Assembly: GCA_030431975.1 (NCBI GenBank)
Contig: JAUIHP010000001.1
Location: 331,597 to 395,596 of the forward strand
DNA length: 64,000 nucleotides
Source of the DNA: a bacterium
GTDB lineage: Bacteria; Eisenbacteria; RBG-16-71-46; CAIMUX01
Direction of reading: 5' to 3'
Part shown: positions 1 through 8,472 of the stretch, piece after piece
How the letters are laid out: each line of letters starts with the position of its first letter
How positions within the stretch are numbered: position 1 is the first letter of the stretch
Program-made: the position numbers and the translations under genes
Notes under the pieces: model-generated
Database searches by the model: none
What the model saw: only the letters and a program-made list of their open reading frames with translations
Told to the model about the DNA's origin: nothing

Positions 1-3
1 CGC

Positions 4-1923
4 GTGCCCGGGGGCGAGCACTACCTTGCCAAGGGTGAGTCCTGGGGGGATGTCGATCGGCTTGCGGTCGCTCGCGAGATGATCCGCCGGACCATCCGTG
101 AGCACCTCGACAAAGAGATGCGCCTGCGTCCACAGGGCATCAAGGTCCTCTCCCTGTTCTTCGTCGACGCGGTCGGCCGGTACCGGAACTACGACGACGA
201 GGGCAATCCCGTGAAGGGCGACTACGCTCGCATCTTCGAGGAGGAGTACCGAAGGCTCGCCGCGCACCCCGACTACCAGACCCTCTTCGAGGGCATCGAC
301 GTCTCTGCCTCGGCCGAAGACGTCCACGACGGCTACTTCTCCATCGACCGCAAAAGGGTCGGGTCCAAGACCGTGGAGGTGTTCAAGGACACCGGCGGCA
401 ACACGCAGGCCGACGACAGTACCTACAACCTGATCATGAAGGACAAGGAGCGGCTGCTCAGCCTGGAGACGCCGCTCAAGTTCATCTTCTCCCACTCCGC
501 CCTGCGTGAGGGCTGGGACAACCCGAACGTCTTCCAGATCTGTGGACTGCGCGACATCCACACGGAGCGTGAGCGTCGCCAGACGATCGGCCGGGGCCTG
601 CGGCTCTGCGTGAACCAGGATGGTGTGCGGTTGCGCGGCTTCGAGGTCAACACCCTGACAGTGATTGCTACGGAGAGTTACGAGGAGTTCGCGGAGAACC
701 TCCAGAAGGAGATCGAGGCAGACACGGGCATCCGCTTCGGAGTCGTCGAGCCGCACCAGTTCGCAGCCATTCCCACCATAGACGCCGACGGCAACACGAC
801 GCCACTCGGCACGGAGCAGTCGCAAGTTCTTTGGGATCATCTGCGGGACAACGGGTTCATCGACAGTAAGGGACGGATTCAGGACTCCCTGCGACAGGTC
901 ATCAAGACGGACGGGCTCGGGGTTCCGGAAGCCTTCGCCGAACATCTCGACACCATCACCGAGGTCCTGCGCAAGCTCGCGGGACGCCTCGACATCAAGA
1001 ACGCCGATGAACGCCGTCCTTTGCGGCCCCGCCAGGCCATACTCCATAGTGAGGAGTTCCGCGGGCTCTGGGATCGCATCAAGCACAAAACGACCTACAG
1101 GGTGCAGTTCGACAACGAGATGCTCCTCGAACGCTGCATTCAGGCACTCAAGGACGCGCCGCCCATCGCCAAGACTCGGCTCCAGTGGAGGAAGGCGGAC
1201 CTGGCCATCGGCAAGGCCGGGGTGGAGGCTACCGAGGTCCGTGGAGCCGCCACCGTTCTACTGAGCGAGGCTGACATCCTGCTTCCAGATGTGCTCACCG
1301 ACCTGCAGGATAGAACTCAACTCACGCGGCGGAGCATCCATCGGATTCTGACGGAGAGTAAGCGACTGGCCGACTTCAAGCGCAATCCACAGCAGTTCAT
1401 CGAACTCGCCGCGGAGGCCATCAACCGCTGCAAGCGCATCGCCCTGGTCGACGGAATCAAGTATCAGCGCCTCGGCGAAGAGCACTACTACGCCCAGGAG
1501 CTCTTCGAGCAGGAGGAGCTGACCGGCTACCTGAAGAACATGCTCGAAGAGACGCAGAAGTCCGTTTACGACCACGTCGTCTATGACTCCGAAACGGAAA
1601 AAACCTTCGCCGATGAGCTCGAGAAGAACGAGGCCGTACGCGTCTACGCAAAGCTCCCCGGCTGGTTCAAGGTTCCGACTCCGCTAGGCTCCTACAACCC
1701 CGACTGGGCCGTTCTCCTACGCAGGGATGAGGGAGACAGGCTCTACTTCGTGGTCGAGACCAAGGGTGGACTGTTTGCGGATGACGTGCGCGACAGTGAG
1801 CGTGCGAAGATCAAGTGCGGCAAGGCACACTTCGGCGCGCTACATGTCAGAGAGACACCGGCCGAGTACGTCGTCGCCCGGACATTCGCGGACGTCTTGG
1901 ATCGGGACGATCCTGGGGCTTAG
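4..1923 (+). CDS. res: Type III restriction endonuclease Res subunit, C-terminal two-thirds (5' end truncated by window)
   Basis: Helicase motif VI-like 'SHSALREGWDNPNVFQICGLRDIHTERERRQTIGRGLRL' matches Type III/Type I-like Res helicase core; C-terminal 'YNPDWAVLLRR...YFVVETKG' resembles a PD-(D/E)xK nuclease region; ORF open from window edge. Confidence 0.75.
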   Translation: MPGGEHYLAKGESWGDVDRLAVAREMIRRTIREHLDKEMRLRPQGIKVLSLFFVDAVGRYRNYDDEGNPVKGDYARIFEEEYRRLAAHPDYQTLFEGIDVSASAEDVHDGYFSIDRKRVGSKTVEVFKDTGGNTQADDSTYNLIMKDKERLLSLETPLKFIFSHSALREGWDNPNVFQICGLRDIHTERERRQTIGRGLRLCVNQDGVRLRGFEVNTLTVIATESYEEFAENLQKEIEADTGIRFGVVEPHQFAAIPTIDADGNTTPLGTEQSQVLWDHLRDNGFIDSKGRIQDSLRQVIKTDGLGVPEAFAEHLDTITEVLRKLAGRLDIKNADERRPLRPRQAILHSEEFRGLWDRIKHKTTYRVQFDNEMLLERCIQALKDAPPIAKTRLQWRKADLAIGKAGVEATEVRGAATVLLSEADILLPDVLTDLQDRTQLTRRSIHRILTESKRLADFKRNPQQFIELAAEAINRCKRIALVDGIKYQRLGEEHYYAQELFEQEELTGYLKNMLEETQKSVYDHVVYDSETEKTFADELEKNEAVRVYAKLPGWFKVPTPLGSYNPDWAVLLRRDEGDRLYFVVETKGGLFADDVRDSERAKIKCGKAHFGALHVRETPAEYVVARTFADVLDRDDPGA

Positions 1924-1961
1924 CCAGGAGACAGTTTGTGCTGAAACCCAAGGGAGAACTC

Positions 1962-2363
1962 ATGAACCTCATACGCGAAAGCAGACTCTGGTTCGCCGTA
2001 CTAGGCTTCGCTATTGCCCTAACTGCGTGTTCGGGTACAGATGACGGGACGGACCTTCCCCCGGGTCCTTGCTACACCATCGACGAGCTTCACCAGACGA
2101 GCAGCTCGGTCGATGACTCGACAGCCGCCAAGGGCGCATTCCTCGAATACCTGACCCACCTCGATGACACCGATGGCTACCCGTTCTGGGATTTGACGCA
2201 TATCGAGTACCAAGGCTCGACCGGCCGGGAAGTCTACAATGGGCGAACCTACTGGGGCATCATGGCACGGGTCGTCAGAGAGGGAGGCGAGCCCAGCAAC
2301 GACAATCGTTGGTTTCGTGTCCGCGACGACGGAATGGTGGTCTCCATGCTGGGATGCATCTAA
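1962..2363 (+). CDS. hypothetical lipoprotein
   Basis: ATG at 1962 gives 'MNLIRESRLWFAVLGFAIALTACSG' = signal peptide with lipobox LTAC; 133 aa. Confidence 0.5.
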   Translation: MNLIRESRLWFAVLGFAIALTACSGTDDGTDLPPGPCYTIDELHQTSSSVDDSTAAKGAFLEYLTHLDDTDGYPFWDLTHIEYQGSTGREVYNGRTYWGIMARVVREGGEPSNDNRWFRVRDDGMVVSMLGCI

Positions 2364-2442
2364 GCAAAGAGGCCGTCGTGAGACCTCATCGCTGAGCACC
2401 AAGACGTCGACCCACAATCAGAAGGCACGATCGGAGGTCACT

Positions 2443-2976
2443 TTGGGAGCTGGTATCGCGGAGGAAGCCGTTCGAGCTTCCCTCAAGGGTCAGTACCACG
2501 CAACGCTGGCCATGCTTCGGGAAACCATCGAGACGTGCTCCGATGACCTCTGGCTGGACGAGTCACCGCACAACGCGTTTTGGCGAATCGCGCATCACGC
2601 GCTCTTCTTCGTTCATCTCTATTTGATGGACAAGGATGAAGACTTCGTACCGCCCGAGTGGCACAACAAGGACGTGCAGAACCCGGATGGGCTGGTCCGG
2701 CCCGCCGATCCGAAGAGTACGCTCCCGGTCGGACCCGAGCCGTACGCCAAGTCGCAGATCCTCGACTACCTGGACTGGTGCGACTCCATCGTCGATCGTC
2801 GTGTCGACGAAATGGACATTGGAAGCCCAACGAGCGGATTCGACTGGTATCCGATTTCCAAGCTCGAGCACCAGATGGTCAACATCCGGCACGCCGCTCA
2901 CCACACGGCGCAACTGGCGGATCGAGTCCGCGCTGCCCAGGACGTCGGCGTGAAGTGGGTCGGCACACGAACCTAA
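2443..2976 (+). CDS. DinB/YfiT-like (DinB_2 superfamily) metal-dependent hydrolase-like protein
   Basis: His-rich helices 'WRIAHHALFFVHLYL' and 'NIRHAAHHTAQL' typical of DinB-like four-helix bundle; TTG start at 2443 preceded by GGAGG at 2433-2437. Confidence 0.55.
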   Translation: MGAGIAEEAVRASLKGQYHATLAMLRETIETCSDDLWLDESPHNAFWRIAHHALFFVHLYLMDKDEDFVPPEWHNKDVQNPDGLVRPADPKSTLPVGPEPYAKSQILDYLDWCDSIVDRRVDEMDIGSPTSGFDWYPISKLEHQMVNIRHAAHHTAQLADRVRAAQDVGVKWVGTRT

Positions 2977-3047
2977 GACCTGTGGGCGGGGCTTTGGCGG
3001 GGACGACTCCGATCGAAGACTGGAAGTGCCCGCAGAAAGGATTGGCG

Positions 3048-3449
3048 ATGACGACGTGGATTCAGAAGACACTGACGTTGCTCCTCCTGATCGTAAGCGC
3101 AAACGCCTGCGTGTCCACCACCCAGAGGTCCTGGGACCCCGAATCCCCCATCGAGCTTTCCACGTTCCTTTCGCAGGATCTCGTCGGAGAAGACGCTGAG
3201 ATCGAACGCGCGAACGGCCTTTCGAGAGGTCGTTTCCTCGCGATCGACACCGAGAATCAGGAACTGATGTTTCTTACCAACGCAAACGCCTTTGCCGGAG
3301 GCGACTCGCTCCAGATTCGGTTCCAGGACGTCCTCTCCATTGACGCCTCGAAGACGACCGCGAACGAGGTCCCCATCACGATCGCGGTCGTGGTGTTGGC
3401 GTTCACGGTGTGGGTGTTCCGTGGCTTCGAGTACCCGAAGGTGAGCTGA
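3048..3449 (+). CDS. hypothetical lipoprotein/secreted protein
   Basis: ATG 3048 'MTTWIQKTLTLLLLIVSANACVST' signal peptide with Cys; C-terminal hydrophobic segment. Confidence 0.5.
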   Translation: MTTWIQKTLTLLLLIVSANACVSTTQRSWDPESPIELSTFLSQDLVGEDAEIERANGLSRGRFLAIDTENQELMFLTNANAFAGGDSLQIRFQDVLSIDASKTTANEVPITIAVVVLAFTVWVFRGFEYPKVS

Positions 3450-3467
3450 CGGCAAACGGGACACAGG

Positions 3468-3992
3468 ATGAAGAACGGAGAGCGAGTCGTGGGGATCCAA
3501 AACTTCCTGATCGAGGGCGTTTCCTGCGCCGGAAAGACCACCGTCTGCGACGAGCTGCAACGACTCGGCTACCAACCCATCCACGGCGACCGGGAGCTGG
3601 CCTATCGCGGAGATCCTGAGACCGGCGAAACCGTCGACGGAAACGCCCCGGGGCATCACATCTGGGATGTCGACAAGGTCAGAGTGTTGGTCGCCGACCA
3701 GACTCACGAGGCGACCTTCTTCTGTGGCGGCTCCAGAAACTCGGCGAAGTTCATCGACCTGTTCGACGCCGTCTTCGTTCTCGAAATCGACCTGGACACG
3801 TTGAACCAACGCCTCGCCGCCCGACCGGAAGACGAGTGGGGCGGAACGGCAAGCGAAGGGGAGTCTTTCGCTCGCCGGCAACATGCGACAAAGGAAGGGC
3901 TGCCTCAGAACGCGGTCTCGGTTGACTCCACGGCTCCGCTGGCCACGGTCGTCACAAAGATTCTCCGAGTTGCCGGCCTGGCTACTCCATAA
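3468..3992 (+). CDS. P-loop NTPase (AAA/nucleoside-kinase-like)
   Basis: Walker A 'GVSCAGKTTV' near N-terminus; Walker B-like 'AVFVLEID'; 174 aa. Confidence 0.55.
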   Translation: MKNGERVVGIQNFLIEGVSCAGKTTVCDELQRLGYQPIHGDRELAYRGDPETGETVDGNAPGHHIWDVDKVRVLVADQTHEATFFCGGSRNSAKFIDLFDAVFVLEIDLDTLNQRLAARPEDEWGGTASEGESFARRQHATKEGLPQNAVSVDSTAPLATVVTKILRVAGLATP

Positions 3993-4001
3993 GGAGCCTT
4001 A

Positions 4002-4610
4002 CTACTCCTCGCCTCTAGCCTCGCCTTCGGCCAGTGGACGATCCCCGGAGAGCTCCCGCCGTAGCCACATCTTGGCCATCCACCACTCCCGCTGCACGGT
4101 CCGCCGCGACAGATCGAGGGCCACGGCGACTTCCTCCTCCGTCATTCCCCCGAAGAAACGGAGCTCCACGATGCGCGCCGTCCTCTCGTCCTTTTCGTTC
4201 AAACGAGTCAGCGCTTCGTCGAGCTCGAAGAGATCGAGACCGGACTCGGTGACCGCGTCGATCCGATCGTCAAGCGTGACGCGCTCTTGGTCACCACCCC
4301 GCTTCAGGGCATTGCGCTCCCGCGCATAGTCGACCAGGACCTGGCGCATGGCGCGCGCGGCGATGCCGAAGAAGTGAGCCCGGTGCTCCCATTGGCCCCC
4401 GCCCTTCGCGTCGACCAGTCTCAGGTAGACCTCGTGGACGAGCGCCGTGGGTTGGAGCGTGTGCCCGACCCGCTCCTTGCGGAGCATTTGGGCGGCCACG
4501 CGACGGAGCTCGGCGTGGACGATTTCGAAGACTCTCCCCACCGCGGCCGGGTCGGACTTCCCCTCAGAAACGGACTGCAACAGCACCGTGAGATCTTCGG
4601 ATTTCGCCAA
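4002..4610 (-). CDS. ECF-type RNA polymerase sigma factor (Sigma70_ECF / PF07638-like)
   Basis: N-terminal 'SEDLTVLLQSVSEGKSDPAAVGRVFEIVHAELRRVAAQML' and C-terminal 'VELRFFGGMTEEEVAVALDLSRRTVQREWWMAKMWLRREL' match this ECF family; TTG start at 4610 proposed (ORF extends to 4763 but N-terminus there is non-homologous). Confidence 0.7.
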   Translation of the reverse strand: MAKSEDLTVLLQSVSEGKSDPAAVGRVFEIVHAELRRVAAQMLRKERVGHTLQPTALVHEVYLRLVDAKGGGQWEHRAHFFGIAARAMRQVLVDYARERNALKRGGDQERVTLDDRIDAVTESGLDLFELDEALTRLNEKDERTARIVELRFFGGMTEEEVAVALDLSRRTVQREWWMAKMWLRRELSGDRPLAEGEARGEE

Positions 4611-4803
4611 TGCCTTATCCCCCAACGACCTAGGCCCCGACTGGATCGGCGCCGACACCCTCCACAATGGTACGGGGCCGGAACACACGAAAAAATCGAA
4701 ATTCCCGTGACGCTTTGCGAGGCCCCACTCCGCAGGACTGGTTGAGGGGCGAAAGCGCTCCACGACAGATCCAGAATCTCACTGCGGAACACAGGAGGGC
4801 ATC

Positions 4804-5394
4804 ATGCCTCACACACGTCTCACCGTCCTCGTCGCCATGCTCACTCTGGGTTGGAACGCGTCCGCGTCCGACGCCGGAAGCGCGTCCGCTCTATGTGAAG
4901 ACGGGACGTGCATGCCCAACTACATCTGCGAGGGACAAACCGTCAACGCCGACATCCCCGACGCTTCCGAGGAAGGGATCCTGCTGGGACCCCTCAGTGC
5001 CCTCGAGTCCGCCTCGACGGAAGACTTCATGCTCTCGATCGCGATGGAGCACCCGTACTCCTCGGATCTGAAGTTGGTTCTGTCCTACGACGCCGACAGA
5101 GACGGAACGCCGGAAACATCGTCGACGGTCGAGATGTACCTCGCTCGCCCCTTTCCCAAGGCCGAAGAAACGTGGGCCTGCTCGGCGGCGCTCGAAGGAA
5201 GCTACTACTTCCGTGACGAAGGCTGGCGGGAGATGGGAGCCGAAGCGGACTTCTCCGTCTTTGCGGGACTGCCGACGGGTGGGGACTGGTATCTCTCCGC
5301 GGTTGACGATACGCCGGAGCATCAGGGTGTGATCAAGGACTGGGCGGTGCACATGAAGGGGAAGAATGTGGATACGGTGGGGCTGCAGCCGTAG
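4804..5394 (+). CDS. secreted protein with proprotein-convertase P-domain-like C-terminal region
   Basis: Signal peptide 'MPHTRLTVLVAMLTLGWNASA'; 'DLKLVLSY...GDWYLSAVDDTPEHQGVIKDWAVHM' resembles P_proprotein (PF01483) fold signature. Confidence 0.5.
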   Translation: MPHTRLTVLVAMLTLGWNASASDAGSASALCEDGTCMPNYICEGQTVNADIPDASEEGILLGPLSALESASTEDFMLSIAMEHPYSSDLKLVLSYDADRDGTPETSSTVEMYLARPFPKAEETWACSAALEGSYYFRDEGWREMGAEADFSVFAGLPTGGDWYLSAVDDTPEHQGVIKDWAVHMKGKNVDTVGLQP

Positions 5395-5531
5395 CGGAGT
5401 GAGCAGGATCCAGCGGCTCGCGTCATGGTCTTGATGCGGGCTCGGGCTCGACATTATCAACTCTGAGTTATGCGAGCCTGCATTATGCAGACTCGCATTA
5501 TGCTGACTCGAACCCGAAAGCGACTCCGACA

Positions 5532-6560
5532 TTGTCACTCCTCACGCCGTCCGTCCCCACGCTCCTACTCGCCATCCTCACGCTCTTGTCGGTTCAGACC
5601 GGCTCGGCTTCAGACTCCGGGGGACACCTCGTCGATGTGATCGATCCGCGCGTCTGGTGTCTCCACGAAAGCGAGGCTGGCGAGCTCTGGTTCGGCACGA
5701 ACGGCGCCGGGGTCTTCCGTCGCACAGGCGACCGGCTAGTCCAGTACACGACGGAGCATGGCCTGACCGGCAATCAGGTTCGCCATCTTCTCAGCGACGG
5801 CGAAGGTGGCCTGCTCGTAACGGCCAACGGAGGAGTGTCACGCTTCCATGGAACGTCGTTCGTCCCGCTCGAAGTCGTGAAGCACAAGGGAACGAACGGG
5901 TGGCAACTGGATCCGGCGGACGTGTGGCTTGTCGCCGACGTGGGCGCGGGTTCCGTCTGCCGCTTCGACGGGCAGACTCTGCACCAACTCGAACTTCCGC
6001 CAAGCCGAGCCGGTGGCCCGAAGAAGAAGGATTCCGACCCCGCGTGGTATGACCCCGCCGGCGTGTACCAGGTGGTGAAGGATCTTCGTGATCATGTCTG
6101 GATCGGAACTGCGGGCGCCGGTCTGTGTCGCTACGACGGGAAGTCGATCGACTGGATGTACGAGAAGCGCCTGACGACAACTCCGAGCGGCGGGGAGTTT
6201 GGCATTCGCTCGATCTACCAGGACCGATCCGGGTACTACTGGATTTGCAACACTCGCCAAAAGTTCGACATCGCGGTCGAGGGTCGTGACGGGTTGCTGT
6301 CCTACACCACACTGCAAGGGCTACCTCAAACTGCCACCGATGACGACGCGAACTTCACCTACTTTCCGGCGATCGCGGAGGCCGGAGATGGAGCGCTTTG
6401 GCTGGCCTGCGGCTCGGACGGAGTCCTGCGCAACAACGGTGAATCCGTGACGCGATACTCTGTCGGAGACGGTGCCTACGTCTTGTCGATCCTCATCGAT
6501 CGTACCGACTCGGTTTGGGTCGGAACCCTGCCCCAGACGGTTTGTCGGACAGGTTTCTAA
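5532..6560 (+). CDS. secreted beta-propeller protein (two-component regulator propeller / Reg_prop-like repeats)
   Basis: TTG start with signal peptide 'MSLLTPSVPTLLLAILTLLSVQTGSA'; repeated 'G..G(A/L)..(F/Y)' motifs such as 'LWFGTNGAGVFRRTG', 'VWIGTAGAGLCRYDG', 'LWLACGSDGVLR'. Confidence 0.5.
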   Translation: MSLLTPSVPTLLLAILTLLSVQTGSASDSGGHLVDVIDPRVWCLHESEAGELWFGTNGAGVFRRTGDRLVQYTTEHGLTGNQVRHLLSDGEGGLLVTANGGVSRFHGTSFVPLEVVKHKGTNGWQLDPADVWLVADVGAGSVCRFDGQTLHQLELPPSRAGGPKKKDSDPAWYDPAGVYQVVKDLRDHVWIGTAGAGLCRYDGKSIDWMYEKRLTTTPSGGEFGIRSIYQDRSGYYWICNTRQKFDIAVEGRDGLLSYTTLQGLPQTATDDDANFTYFPAIAEAGDGALWLACGSDGVLRNNGESVTRYSVGDGAYVLSILIDRTDSVWVGTLPQTVCRTGF

Positions 6561-6648
6561 ATGTCTACTATCGTCCGGACGAGTCGGCTATGCTGGTTAT
6601 CAAGCTACCCCTCTCCAAGCGTCAAACGTTCGAAACCAAGGAGTCCTC

Positions 6649-7530
6649 ATGAAGAAAATGCTTCTGGCGGGCTTGGGAGCGTTGATCTCAGTTGCTCCCG
6701 GAGCCATTGCCGGTCCGAACAACGGTATCCTGGCGTTGATCCAAGCAGAGGGTGTGGTCTACACCACCGACATTGACAACTACTGTGGTGCGAGTGCCAT
6801 CCCACCGTGCGAAGAAGCGGTCTCGTCCTACGGCGGTACCGACATCGTCGTGCTGAACACGGTCGCCTACTTCGTGGGTTCACCGAGACTCGCCGGTGTC
6901 ATCTTTGGGATCGAGTACCCAGAGACTGATTTCTTTCTCGCAGACTTCGGCCCCTGCGGCGACTTCGAGCTGTTTACCAGTGACTGGCCAGCGTCAGGCG
7001 AGGGTACTGCGATCACGTTTGGGGCTGCCCAGACCACACTCGCAACCCACCTCTACTGGTTCGCGGGCTACAACTACTACGGAAACGCCGTCAGCTTCGA
7101 TTTGACTCCACACCCGACTGGCGGCGCGGTCTTCGCGGACGACGACGTTCCCTCGAACCTCGATGAGGTCGTGGCACTCGGCAGCTTCGGCTTTGGCGGA
7201 CTACCCGGCAACGTGCCCTGCCTCGTCGAAGACGTCGTCGGAGCCTGCTGTGATGACCGCTGCGGAGGCTGTGTCGTCGTGACCGAAGAAGAGTGCGGCG
7301 CTGGGTCGAGCTACCTCGGCGACGACACCCTCTGTGATCCCAACCCGTGCGCGTTTGAGTTCGGAGCTTGCTGTTTCGATGACGGCCAGTGCGCAGAGCT
7401 CATCCCTTGCGAATGCGAAGACGCGGGAGGTGTCTTCCAGGGAGATGGGGTTCTTTGCGAAGACGCGGACTGCATGGTCGTCCCGACCATCGAGGCGAGT
7501 TGGGGACAGCTGAAGAGCGTCTACCGCTAG
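6649..7530 (+). CDS. secreted cysteine-rich repeat protein ending in SWGQLKSVYR
   Basis: SD AAGGAG 6638-6643, ATG 6649, signal 'MKKMLLAGLGALISVAPGAIAG'; three Cys-rich repeats 'GACCDDRCGGC...CDPNPC...GACCFDDGQC...C.C'; terminal motif TIEASWGQLKSVYR*. Confidence 0.6.
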   Translation: MKKMLLAGLGALISVAPGAIAGPNNGILALIQAEGVVYTTDIDNYCGASAIPPCEEAVSSYGGTDIVVLNTVAYFVGSPRLAGVIFGIEYPETDFFLADFGPCGDFELFTSDWPASGEGTAITFGAAQTTLATHLYWFAGYNYYGNAVSFDLTPHPTGGAVFADDDVPSNLDEVVALGSFGFGGLPGNVPCLVEDVVGACCDDRCGGCVVVTEEECGAGSSYLGDDTLCDPNPCAFEFGACCFDDGQCAELIPCECEDAGGVFQGDGVLCEDADCMVVPTIEASWGQLKSVYR

Positions 7531-7624
7531 TTCTGAACCTTCGGTAGAGAGAATCAGAGCGAGGTGTCGAACCGGCGCCTCGCTCTTCTTGTCTTGGGAC
7601 TCTTGGACGAGGCGAACAGCAACG

Positions 7625-8197
7625 ATGGGCTCTATTGTCGGGCGTCTAACTCCGATCCTTCTCATTCTCGTCGCCGAGACAGCCCTTGCGTCCTGGATCC
7701 GAACGAACCAGTTTCAAGTCGATCCGTCGGAAGCCGTTGTCGACTCCCTGCCACCCGCGGCCCCTATCCTCGGTGTCCGAGGGGTCGTCCCCGGCAGGCC
7801 GCGAAAACCCGGCGAGTCAGCCGGGTATCCCTACTGTGACCCCAGTGCTCCGTACCACTCTGGGCGTATCCGGCTTGAAGTCATACCACCGGAAGACGAT
7901 CGCACTCCGGATCTCAAGCTCGGATACATCTTCGATCTGGTCGCAGGCGAGATCCCGGACGGCCTGGAGTTTCCAACAGATCCGCAACGATCGTCGTGGA
8001 CGAAATGGCCGGTCATTGCCTCCGATGAACCGCTCTTCGTCGCACCGCTCAATCTCGTTTGGCTCGGCGGGGAGACGTGGCCGGCATTCAGCTGCAGCTT
8101 GCGCATCGCCGCCATCGATCTGGGAGGGAACATCGGTCCGTTCTCCAACACGGTGCTCGTCGAGTATCGTGACGACGACAGCGCGACGAGCAGGTGA
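7625..8197 (+). CDS. hypothetical secreted protein
   Basis: ATG 7625 'MGSIVGRLTPILLILVAETALA' signal-like; no recognisable domain. Confidence 0.4.
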   Translation: MGSIVGRLTPILLILVAETALASWIRTNQFQVDPSEAVVDSLPPAAPILGVRGVVPGRPRKPGESAGYPYCDPSAPYHSGRIRLEVIPPEDDRTPDLKLGYIFDLVAGEIPDGLEFPTDPQRSSWTKWPVIASDEPLFVAPLNLVWLGGETWPAFSCSLRIAAIDLGGNIGPFSNTVLVEYRDDDSATSR

Positions 8198-8472
8198 GGA
8201 GTCCCGTGATCCAACACACCCACTTTGGCTGCTATGGGATCCTCACCCTCGGCGACTGCATCGCTCTGATCCGAAAGGCCCGCGGACCGTATACGGGTCT
8301 TCTCGACCTCCCCGGAGGAAAGCCCGAATTCGGCGAACATCCGGACGCTGCAGTCATACGGCGCTGTGTGGTTCCCGCTGGAATCGGTCACTCCCGACGT
8401 CGCAACGCCGTTCGCCGCCAATGCAGCCAGATTCGTCACCGCTCTCCCTGCAACACCCCCAACACCTCTTGA
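8194..8472 (+). pseudogene. degenerate/truncated NUDIX-like ORF (Nudix box lacks catalytic Glu residues)
   Basis: 'GGKPEFGEHPDAAVIRRCVVPAGIG' aligns to Nudix box G-x5-E-x7-REUxEExGU with G and U conserved but RE->RR and EE->VP; only 92 aa. Confidence 0.3.

Noticed and set aside
2973-3884. 303-aa minus-strand ORF. Similar long antisense ORFs were seen at 10689..11804(+), 13460..14494(-), 14897..15787(-), 35722..37197(-), 42018..43130(+), 43152..45212(+), 20578..21570(+) and 21604..22692(+)
   Set aside because: They are antisense shadows of well-supported genes in a high-GC genome. They are Arg/Pro/Gly-rich with no motifs, and stop codons are simply rare in these frames.
4630-4763. N-terminal 51 residues of the longest ECF sigma ORF (start 4763)
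   Set aside because: The extension 'MERFRPSTSPAEWGLAKRHGNFDFFVCSGPVPLWRV...' has no counterpart in this sigma family. The TTG at 4610 matches the family's conserved N-terminus (..DLTVLLQ..), although this start is not experimentally certain.
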